From: a virus
Taxonomy: Duplodnaviria; Caudoviricetes
Direction: 5' to 3' (one strand)
DNA: 53,894 bases
Virus record (IMG/VR): IMGVR_UViG_3300048582_000124
Location: 1-53,894 of that record
In this document: positions 38,359-45,899 of the stretch, piece by piece
Numbering within the stretch: position 1 is the first letter of the stretch
How the letters are laid out: the number at the start of each line of letters is the position of its first letter
Program-made: the position numbers and the translations under genes
The notes under the pieces: generated by a model
Told to the model about the DNA's origin: nothing
Database searches by the model: none
What the model saw: the letters and a program-made list of their open reading frames with translations, nothing else

Positions 38359-38696
38359 TTTTGATCTAACTCACTTAGGGGTAAACATTCTATAATTGCA
38401 TAATCGTATTTTTCGTTAATGCAAATTTCTAATACATCCGACAACTGAACATCGTCATCGGCAGTAGTGTGCCAATATACCCTAAGCGGAGAATCTACAA
38501 ATCCTGTCAACCTTTTAATAGTGCTATCGATATAATTGTCGATATTTTTATAGTTATCGTCGAACTTGTCGATGGGCCCCAATAATTCATCTCTATAATT
38601 AATGACTCTAACCATCTTAATTACTTTGCCTGCATCATCTATTATGTTGTATTTTATACCTAATTCATTAATATCTGTTTTCATGATTATCCTCAT
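38355..38696 (-). CDS. Hypothetical protein
   Basis: 113 aa, ATGA overlaps. Confidence 0.65.
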   Translation of the reverse strand: MRIIMKTDINELGIKYNIIDDAGKVIKMVRVINYRDELLGPIDKFDDNYKNIDNYIDSTIKRLTGFVDSPLRVYWHTTADDDVQLSDVLEICINEKYDYAIIECLPLSELDQK

Positions 38697-38980
38697 ATGT
38701 CATAGAATGAAATAGTAAATTCGTTTTCGGCCTCGGCCCATACAGACAACACTGGTCGAATCTCTAAGTTAACTGCCCAATCAGCAGGGCCTTCGTGCCA
38801 TACTACTTGTGCATCTGCATAGCCGCCTTGCCGGTTAACCTCTTCTTTTGATAATACCTTGATATTATGCAGTCTATGTCCGTATTCTCGCATATTGTCT
38901 CTAAGTTGACATGCTAAAGTTTGCGCAGCATGATACGACGCAAGGGATTTACACTCATCCCAATGTGCTTTAGTCCTCAT
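38693..38980 (-). CDS. Hypothetical protein
   Basis: 95 aa; SD AAGGAG; VVWHEGPADWA. Confidence 0.65.
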   Translation of the reverse strand: MRTKAHWDECKSLASYHAAQTLACQLRDNMREYGHRLHNIKVLSKEEVNRQGGYADAQVVWHEGPADWAVNLEIRPVLSVWAEAENEFTISFYDI

Positions 38981-38992
38981 TAAGAAGCTCCT

Positions 38993-39286
38993 TTACTCGG
39001 TGAATAAATGTTCTAAGATCGTTTGTGCTTTTTCTACTTGATCGTTGTCGAGTGCTATTTTAGTGCGATGGGTGACATGTATTAATTTTGCGTAGTCTTG
39101 GGAGATGATATACAAAGCAGTACGCTCTAGTATAGTACGTTTTTCTTCAGCAGACATCGTTTCAGGAAATTCATTATAAAGAGAACTTTGTTTTATCAAA
39201 TCACACACATCATCAATTATTGTTAAAAAATTAATGTCACCGCCGAGTGTAAGCCACGCTTGATATTCTTTCCCATACATAATCAC
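38993..39286 (-). CDS. Hypothetical protein
   Basis: 97-aa ORF. Confidence 0.6.
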   Translation of the reverse strand: MIMYGKEYQAWLTLGGDINFLTIIDDVCDLIKQSSLYNEFPETMSAEEKRTILERTALYIISQDYAKLIHVTHRTKIALDNDQVEKAQTILEHLFTE

Positions 39287-39373
39287 ATCCTATGATTACA
39301 TTGTTTATCTGTGAGATAAACACGGTGTTTTTGTTTATTGCAAAATAAGACTCCCGTCTATAAAAATATTTAT

Positions 39374-39688
39374 CTATTCTTCTTCACAAGTTGCACGAAG
39401 CGGAAATTGATTTAGTCTTGCCATGTTTACTGCCTCGAGCGCCTTTTCTTCGGCAATCTCCTTTGTGTAAACACCCGCGATACCCCTACCGTTGGTATGA
39501 ATAAGAAATGTAATCTCATGCGCTTGCTCTTCGGTTTTATGGAAAATACGTCGCAATACTGCGATTACAAAATCAAAGGTAGTACGATCGTCGTTGTGCA
39601 AAATAACTTTATACAAATTAGGTGCGTTAACGCGGACATCTTCTTCTACTGCTGTTTCGCCACGAATCGACGGGTTAATAACTGCCAC
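39374..39688 (-). CDS. clpS: N-degron adaptor ClpS
   Basis: YKVILHNDDRTTFDFV, HTNGRGIAGVYTKEIAEEK; GTG start after an AGGAG SD. Confidence 0.93.
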   Translation of the reverse strand: MAVINPSIRGETAVEEDVRVNAPNLYKVILHNDDRTTFDFVIAVLRRIFHKTEEQAHEITFLIHTNGRGIAGVYTKEIAEEKALEAVNMARLNQFPLRATCEEE

Positions 39689-39728
39689 TTCTTTTCTCCT
39701 CTTAAAATGAAAAGCCCTTTGTCCGTGC

Positions 39729-39758
39729 ATTGTACACTAACAAAGGGCTCAGTGTCAA
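39729..39758 (-). promoter_or_regulatory. sigma70-type promoter for clpS
   Basis: TTGACA-18-TACAAT. Confidence 0.65.
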
Positions 39759-39771
39759 CATAAATTACTAT

Positions 39772-40338
39772 TTATTTGATAGTAATCAATTTCGGTTTTT
39801 CTTCTTCGGGGGTATTCTGAATAAGAGATACAGTGAGAATGCCGTCCTCGAGTGTTGCATCAGCAACTTCTACATGATCTGCAAGAGTCCACGATAGCTT
39901 AAACGAACGAGTTGAAATGCCTTTATGATGGTACTTAGGTGTTTGAACTGCTACTGTCGGCTCATCTTTTTCAGTCGGTTCGACTGCTGCAACATCAGAT
40001 GCCGACACTGTGTTACCAGCAATTGACTTTTGCTTCTTAACTGTGCGAATCAAAGTCGGTAGTGGTTCATCTAATGCAGTTTCGGTCGTTTTCTTACCTA
40101 CGATAGTAAGTTTGTTCTGATGCCGTTCTATCATAATTTCGTCACGCTTGAATCCTGCAACAGCAATTTCAATTGCGATAGAATTATCAGCATGTGAAAT
40201 AACATTATGCGGGGGATAATTAGTAGTTGCTACGCTGAAGCGATTTTCAATATCATGGAAGATCGGGTCGAAACCTAATGCCACACGGTTAAGACGTTCA
40301 AAAAGGAAAGATAGATCCGTTGGGTTGAAATTTGTCAT
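39772..40338 (-). CDS. Small heat-shock protein (IbpA/Hsp20 family) with internal insertion
   Basis: NYPPHNV, IEIAVAGF, HKGISTRSF, ATLEDGILTV, PEEEKPKLITI. Confidence 0.92.
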   Translation of the reverse strand: MTNFNPTDLSFLFERLNRVALGFDPIFHDIENRFSVATTNYPPHNVISHADNSIAIEIAVAGFKRDEIMIERHQNKLTIVGKKTTETALDEPLPTLIRTVKKQKSIAGNTVSASDVAAVEPTEKDEPTVAVQTPKYHHKGISTRSFKLSWTLADHVEVADATLEDGILTVSLIQNTPEEEKPKLITIK

Positions 40339-40430
40339 ATGAAACTCCTTATAATAAGCAAGTCTTTTGCTTGTAAAATAGCCTGCACCATGCAGCACTA
40401 TTATGCGAAAATAAACGCTTGTTATTTTCG
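40339..40430 (-). ncRNA. ROSE-like RNA thermometer (sHsp 5' UTR)
   Basis: Two 5' hairpins, then CUUGCUU-auuau-AAGGAG pairing the SD with a bulged G. Confidence 0.6.
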
Positions 40431-40435
40431 TATTT

Positions 40436-40443
40436 TATTTATC
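40436..40443 (-). promoter_or_regulatory. Putative late promoter GATAAATA for sHsp
   Basis: Sits between the terminator and the structured UTR. Confidence 0.6.
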
Positions 40444-40463
40444 TTTTGTCAAATTACAATCAA

Positions 40464-40494
40464 TAAAAATCCGGTATCAAATACCGGATTTTTA
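40464..40494 (-). terminator. Intrinsic terminator after the secreted-protein pair
   Basis: TAAAAATCCGGTAT-caa-ATACCGGATTTTTA. Confidence 0.85.
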
Positions 40495-40510
40495 GTTGTT
40501 CTGTGTGTTA

Positions 40511-41059
40511 TTAGATTAGTGTAAAGATACCAATTAAGATACCAATCGGTAACACGTCAGTTACTGCTCCACCGACAACCTTAGTTGGGTGGGCGTAATC
40601 AGCAGCCTCGGACGATCTGTCTAGGTATTTCTGAAATAAGCCGAGCTCACGATTAGCAGACTTATAAAGTGCTGCTTGACCTTCACTCCCGGCAAGTGTC
40701 TTTTGAGCTAAACCAACATATCTTTCATACTGCTCCATGTGAATTGCTGCTTGACGCAGATTCATGCACTGTGCAGAATCAGAACCCATCGAAATACCGG
40801 CGCTTTGACCTTGACCGGCAGCACCGTATTGGCAGCTCTGGACAAAGACGCTAGCAGACGATGCTACCGGAATATCCGGGGCTTGTACAGTACTTACGTT
40901 ACCGCTTTGGTCGATGTAAGTCTGTGAACCAGATTGAGCCGCAGCGCCGGCTTGAGAAGCAGCACCTGAGTTTGCGGTCGACGTAGTATTGTCGAAAGCA
41001 GCAAAAACAGAACCACTCATTGCAACCATTGCGCCAATCATTAAAATTTTCTTAAGCAT
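40511..41059 (-). CDS. Secreted, membrane-anchored hypothetical protein
   Basis: Sec signal (VFA), Ala/Ser-rich stretch, Cys pair, hydrophobic C-terminus. Confidence 0.75.
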   Translation of the reverse strand: MLKKILMIGAMVAMSGSVFAAFDNTTSTANSGAASQAGAAAQSGSQTYIDQSGNVSTVQAPDIPVASSASVFVQSCQYGAAGQGQSAGISMGSDSAQCMNLRQAAIHMEQYERYVGLAQKTLAGSEGQAALYKSANRELGLFQKYLDRSSEAADYAHPTKVVGGAVTDVLPIGILIGIFTLI

Positions 41060-41087
41060 TTTTTATCCTCCTAAGGATAGTTATAAG

Positions 41088-41117
41088 TGTAGTGGGGCTG
41101 AAATCAACCCCACTACA
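41088..41117 (-). promoter_or_regulatory. Strong intercistronic hairpin lacking a U-tract
   Basis: TGTAGTGGGG...CCCCACTACA. Confidence 0.65.
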
Positions 41118-41131
41118 TATCGTACCGCGTA

Positions 41132-41518
41132 TTAAGGCTGGAAACCTAGACCAATAGTACCGAAGCCAGCTTGTGCGCCGGAACCGGACACACCAGTAGC
41201 GCCAAAACCACTAGCTGCGCCAGCAAGGCCAAGAGCAGCAGAAGTGCTGTTACCGGTCGAACCAGTGCCGGAAGTTTGGCTTACACGAGTGCCAGTCGGG
41301 GTAATGCGGGCAGCAGCAGTACCACCGGAAACAGTGCCTGCATTAGCTGTAGTACCGGCAACACCAGCGAGAGCAGCACCCGAACCACCCTGAACAGAAG
41401 CACCGCTGATAGATTCGGAACCTACCTGAGCAAGACCACCGTAAAGGTTAAGGGAAGCTGCCTGAGCAGTACCAGCAATCATAAGAGCTGCAACAGCAGC
41501 AACCATATATTTCATCAT
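41132..41518 (-). CDS. Secreted Gly/Ala/Ser/Thr-rich low-complexity protein
   Basis: Signal peptide ending AQA; nearly uncharged mature part; SD AGGAG. Confidence 0.75.
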   Translation of the reverse strand: MMKYMVAAVAALMIAGTAQAASLNLYGGLAQVGSESISGASVQGGSGAALAGVAGTTANAGTVSGGTAAARITPTGTRVSQTSGTGSTGNSTSAALGLAGAASGFGATGVSGSGAQAGFGTIGLGFQP

Positions 41519-41595
41519 TTTTTATTTCTCCTAGGGTTAATGTTTTTGGGATAATCCCGTTTAAATTACAACTACATTTGTAATTGTACCCGTGC

Positions 41596-41624
41596 ATTAT
41601 ACACGAATTTTACATAGTTGTCAA
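41596..41624 (-). promoter_or_regulatory. Perfect sigma70 promoter
   Basis: TTGACA-17-TATAAT with extended TG. Confidence 0.85.
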
Positions 41625-41866
41625 TAGCTTTTTTTACTATCTTCAACTCTTTCTAGCGATTTCAGCCAACGCTTTCTCGCCATTTTCTTTCTTACCTTTT
41701 TCTTTTCACTTTCGGATTCGAAGTGCATTCTGTCTCGCACTTCTTTCAAAATGCCCGACTCTTGTACTTTATTAGTGAAAAGGCGCAGTGCCTTATTAAA
41801 ATCACGATCTACAACTACTGACAATCCTGTCACAGTTACTGGAAATCTATTATCGTGTCTACTCAT
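41621..41866 (-). CDS. rpsU: 30S ribosomal protein bS21
   Basis: FNKALRLFTNKVQESGILKEVRDRMHFESESEKKK..ARKR. Confidence 0.85.
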   Translation of the reverse strand: MSRHDNRFPVTVTGLSVVVDRDFNKALRLFTNKVQESGILKEVRDRMHFESESEKKKVRKKMARKRWLKSLERVEDSKKSY

Positions 41867-43085
41867 CTTTGTTTACCTGTTTCTTCCTTTTCTTAAAGAT
41901 ATGTGTGGTGTTACCGTTACCGTCTACAACAACTTTTACCACACCTTGCTTAGATAAGTCAGGAAGGTTAAATTGTGTAGAATGTAATGTCTTTTCTAGC
42001 AGTGACCTAAGACCACGTGCTCCTGTTTTTCTATCTAAACTAATCCTCGCTATGGAAGACATATATTTATCATCTAATTCTAAGTCCACCCCATCTAAAG
42101 CGAACATATACTTAAATTGGGTTATCAAACTATTCTTAGGTTCACTCAGGATTTTAACAAGCATCTCTTCTGTAAGCTCACTTAAAACAGCTACAACTGG
42201 AAATCTACCTATAAATTCAGGAATAATACCAAATTCAATAATATCTTCCGGTGTTACTTCGGCTAATAATCCTTTGTCTTTATTCTTATCTTGTATTTCC
42301 GCATGTATTCCGATTGATGTAGTGGTACAACGTTTTTTTACTACATCTTCGAGCCCTATGAATGCCCCACTTGCAACAAACAGCACATTAGTAGTGTCGA
42401 ATTCGATAGTTTCACCCATTAATGCGCGCTTTTGTATCTTAACTATAGTACCTTCGACTAATTTTAGCAATGCTTGCTGTACACCTTCTCCTGAAACATC
42501 TCTGCTTACACTATTAGATTTACTCTTTCTAGCAATTTTATCAATTTCATCGATGAACACGATTCCTCGTTGTGCTTTTTCGACATCGCCATTAGCTTTT
42601 TCCAGCAATTGCTCTACTAAAGACTCGACGTCTTCACCGACATAACCCGCTTCAGTCAGAGAAGTTGCATCGGCAATAACACAAGGTATATCGAACAGTT
42701 TAGCAATTGTTTTAACTATTAGTGTTTTTCCGGAACCGGATGGTCCGAGCAACAGTAGATTAGATTTTTCTAATTCGATATCAGACGTATTATTAATACG
42801 TTTGTAATGATTATAAACTGCAATACTAATAGCAGACTTAGCAGGATCTTGCCCTATGACGTATTTGTCTAAATGCGCCTTAATTTCTGACGGAGTGTAG
42901 ATTTTATCTACATGATTTTCTATTTTTTCTTCGATAGGACGTACATCGTGTATTACCGAATGACTAAAATCAACACATTCATTACAAATGTATATAATTT
43001 TACCCTCGAACACAGGACCTGCCACCATTTGTCTTACTTCTTTTCTGTTCTTTTCACAGAAAGAACACACAACTTCTGCTGCCAT
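41859..43085 (-). CDS. clpX: ATP-dependent Clp protease ATP-binding subunit ClpX
   Basis: CSFC..CNEC zinc domain, GPSGSGKT, TEAGYVGEDVE, RDVSGEGVQQ, TGARGLR. Confidence 0.95.
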   Translation of the reverse strand: MAAEVVCSFCEKNRKEVRQMVAGPVFEGKIIYICNECVDFSHSVIHDVRPIEEKIENHVDKIYTPSEIKAHLDKYVIGQDPAKSAISIAVYNHYKRINNTSDIELEKSNLLLLGPSGSGKTLIVKTIAKLFDIPCVIADATSLTEAGYVGEDVESLVEQLLEKANGDVEKAQRGIVFIDEIDKIARKSKSNSVSRDVSGEGVQQALLKLVEGTIVKIQKRALMGETIEFDTTNVLFVASGAFIGLEDVVKKRCTTTSIGIHAEIQDKNKDKGLLAEVTPEDIIEFGIIPEFIGRFPVVAVLSELTEEMLVKILSEPKNSLITQFKYMFALDGVDLELDDKYMSSIARISLDRKTGARGLRSLLEKTLHSTQFNLPDLSKQGVVKVVVDGNGNTTHIFKKRKKQVNKDE

Positions 43086-43086
43086 G

Positions 43087-44016
43087 TTATCTACCTCCAC
43101 GACTTAGCCACCCTCTCCTTGTTGTATCTATAGTTGTTGCATCGTCGGGCGGCGACGGTGCTGTGTCTTCTGTAGTATATTTATTTATACTACTTTCGTC
43201 AAGAACCGGTTCTTTTTCTGGTAAAGTAATTGGTTCTAATGTATTTTCTACAGGCAAAGCATCGTTTGCTCGTTTATGTGTCATTAACGACTGATTAGCA
43301 GCAATAAGCAGCAATATCGCAAGCGGATCTAGCACCACGACTAACAATATTATTACAAATCTTACTGCTGATTCTAAATCTGCCTTTTCATTTCCATAGA
43401 ATAGTTCTGCAACATATCGTATAGGACCAACTTCAGCCTCGAGTTTCCTAACATCGACCATTAACTCGAACTTTTTATCTTCAAGTTGATCAATTTGTGT
43501 TAAAGATTCAGATATAATTGCCTGTAGTTGTGTTCTTTCTGCCTGTTGTTCTTTTCTTATTGCTAATGCGCCACCGGCTCCGGAAATCTTACTATATTCC
43601 ATAAGTGTAGTTACTGCATTGTCTAATTGTAACACTATTCGATTAGCACTGTCGACTTCTTTTTGCAGTTTTTGTATTTGTTGATCAATTCTTTCTACTT
43701 TTGCTACGGTATCACCTGCTGGTGCCGTTTGATCTAAGTGGGCTTTCGATAAATATCCGAAGACGCCGATGCTAGTAATGCACATTAACACAATCACTGC
43801 GGTGGTTAAATAAGTCTTAAGAAGAATACCTGTACTCTTCCAATTCCTGTACAACCAACTCGCAGTGACTAACTTAGCTACTTCGAGCGTTGCGCCCATT
43901 ATAAGAATAGATAAAATGGCAGTCGGAAATATAGCCATAAGTCCGACTATAGAAAACCATGCGGCTACTCCTGCAACCATTAGAGCAGTAATTAATGTTA
44001 GTATAATAAATAGCAT
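43087..44016 (-). CDS. Membrane protein with central coiled coil
   Basis: Three N-terminal TMs, coiled coil, EVGPIRY, C-terminal TM. Confidence 0.75.
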   Translation of the reverse strand: MLFIILTLITALMVAGVAAWFSIVGLMAIFPTAILSILIMGATLEVAKLVTASWLYRNWKSTGILLKTYLTTAVIVLMCITSIGVFGYLSKAHLDQTAPAGDTVAKVERIDQQIQKLQKEVDSANRIVLQLDNAVTTLMEYSKISGAGGALAIRKEQQAERTQLQAIISESLTQIDQLEDKKFELMVDVRKLEAEVGPIRYVAELFYGNEKADLESAVRFVIILLVVVLDPLAILLLIAANQSLMTHKRANDALPVENTLEPITLPEKEPVLDESSINKYTTEDTAPSPPDDATTIDTTRRGWLSRGGR

Positions 44017-44019
44017 CTA

Positions 44020-44319
44020 TTATTTATCTACTGGTTTTCGCAAGGGTAAAGCAGAATCGGATAATAACCCTTTTAATTTTAGCGAAAGTGCTTCTTCTCC
44101 GCACAGTTCATAAATATCAACGTCTGCACCGATCATTAACGCTTGCACGCCGGTGGGCAAAACCACATCTAATGCCCGTTTACCTTCGTCTCGATAACTT
44201 TCATTTATGTGCCGTGTTTGCCGCGGCAGAACAAACACCAGGACGTTACCCTCTTTTACACTAATTTCATGCAAAACGCCCGTCTCGCCGCGTAGTGTGT
44301 CGAAAACTTTATATGCCAT
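44020..44319 (-). CDS. Hypothetical protein
   Basis: 99 aa, coupled to queD. Confidence 0.65.
   Translation of the reverse strand: MAYKVFDTLRGETGVLHEISVKEGNVLVFVLPRQTRHINESYRDEGKRALDVVLPTGVQALMIGADVDIYELCGEEALSLKLKGLLSDSALPLRKPVDK
44021..44028 (-). promoter_or_regulatory. Putative late promoter GATAAATA
   Basis: 4 nt before the ATG at 44016. Confidence 0.55.
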
Positions 44320-44813
44320 TATAGTTCATACCATGCTGAGTTTGCCGGAGTTTCCCGTACTTCTACCTTTCTGCAACGTATTCCACCGTTCGGATAGTAC
44401 TCTGGGAGCCAAATTTCATTTAAATAGTCATGTAAGAATTTAGACAGTGCCTCGCACCCTGTGGCTTCGACTACTACCATCTTAGCTAGTGCAGCTTTAT
44501 GCAAACCTTCTAGCTGCTCAAACGCAGGATCATCTTGTGCTACAAGCATAGTGTGATCGAAGTTTTCTTTTAAGAATTCCTTAAATGGTTTTAAGGAGCC
44601 GAAATCAACAACCCAGTTTCTTGCATCAAGTGTTTCGCATTCAAACTCAAAGTAGAACCCAAGTGCATAACCATGCAAAGCACAACAGCCGGGAATCTCG
44701 TCTCTGCTGTAAAGTGCTTCTCTACTTTTACCACTCTTCCTATCTGCTCGCCACTGTCGATAGCAAACCGCAAACCCTTCTTCAGGCCCATATCTTTTAG
44801 TCGATACGTACAT
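44319..44813 (-). CDS. queD: 6-carboxytetrahydropterin synthase (QueD/PTPS family)
   Basis: C..LHGY, NWVVDFG, FDH, VEVRET..N. Confidence 0.85.
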   Translation of the reverse strand: MYVSTKRYGPEEGFAVCYRQWRADRKSGKSREALYSRDEIPGCCALHGYALGFYFEFECETLDARNWVVDFGSLKPFKEFLKENFDHTMLVAQDDPAFEQLEGLHKAALAKMVVVEATGCEALSKFLHDYLNEIWLPEYYPNGGIRCRKVEVRETPANSAWYEL

Positions 44814-45490
44814 TATTTCCCCTTAGCTAACGCCATGAATTCTGCTCTTGTTGCCGAATCGTCCTTAAACGAACCGCCTAATTTACTAGTAACAGTATGC
44901 GATGCATGATCCTGTATACCTCGATTTTTAACACAGCCGTGTTCAGCATCTATCAATACAGCGACGTTATCTGTTTCTAGTATATAACACAGTGCGTGGA
45001 ATATTTGACCTGTTAGACGTTCTTGTACTTGTGGTCTACGAGAAAAATAATCCGCTACGCGGTTTAATTTCGATAGACCGAGTACTTTTTTATTCGGAAT
45101 ATATGCAATAGTTGCAGTCCCGGTTATGGGCTGAAAATGATGTTCACAAAATGAAGTAATATTGATAGACTTTTCCATTACCATTTCGTCGTATTGCATC
45201 TTATTATCTACCACTGTGCATTTCGGGAAAGTTTCTGTATCTAAACCATAAAACAATTCCGATACGTACATCTTAGCAACACGCAACGGTGTATCGCACA
45301 TACTGTCGTCATTTAAGTCCAGCCCGAGTACATTCATAACTCCTGTCATATGCGCTTGAATTGTTTCAATTCTTTCCTTAACCGGACTTTTATCGCTATT
45401 GACTGTAGGTGTTTCCATTCCTATGCTAACTAGGTGTTTGTGAACTTTTAGACCAAGTTCGGGGTCACACTTCCTTTTGTCTAGAGACAT
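44813..45490 (-). CDS. folE: GTP cyclohydrolase I
   Basis: TPLRVAKMY, CEHHFQP, GLSKLNR, RRPQVQERLT, HGCVKNRG. Confidence 0.95.
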   Translation of the reverse strand: MSLDKRKCDPELGLKVHKHLVSIGMETPTVNSDKSPVKERIETIQAHMTGVMNVLGLDLNDDSMCDTPLRVAKMYVSELFYGLDTETFPKCTVVDNKMQYDEMVMEKSINITSFCEHHFQPITGTATIAYIPNKKVLGLSKLNRVADYFSRRPQVQERLTGQIFHALCYILETDNVAVLIDAEHGCVKNRGIQDHASHTVTSKLGGSFKDDSATRAEFMALAKGK

Positions 45491-45554
45491 GAGATTTCCT
45501 CCTGAAATCGTTATTTTTAGATGCTACTGCAAACTGCCTGTCTGCATGCAGTAG

Positions 45555-45562
45555 TATTTATC
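45555..45562 (-). promoter_or_regulatory. Putative late promoter GATAAATA before the folE leader
   Basis: Motif at the start of the intergenic region. Confidence 0.55.
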
Positions 45563-45563
45563 A

Positions 45564-45890
45564 TTAATAATACCCGTGCTTCGAGCAAAGTGGTGTCATA
45601 TCGCCATACGACTGAGATACACCGTTTTGCATACTACGAATAGATTTAACAAGAATGCTGACATCAGACTTCAACGTTGTCACTTCATTCCTTAACGCCA
45701 TGACTTCCATATTTGCAAGAGCAAGACGGTTATACATTTCGAGAAGAAACGATGTCCCGGCTCTGTGAGCACCCGAAAGTACATCTATTACTTGATCTTG
45801 TTCAATTAACTGGAGTAATTTATCAGGACTAAGTGTGTTAAGCACTGTATTAAGTGCGTACAATTGTTGCGTTTGTTCGTCATTGAGCAT
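45564..45890 (-). CDS. Hypothetical coiled-coil protein
   Basis: 108 aa; SD AAGGAG. Confidence 0.65.
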   Translation of the reverse strand: MLNDEQTQQLYALNTVLNTLSPDKLLQLIEQDQVIDVLSGAHRAGTSFLLEMYNRLALANMEVMALRNEVTTLKSDVSILVKSIRSMQNGVSQSYGDMTPLCSKHGYY

Positions 45891-45899
45891 AACGACTCC

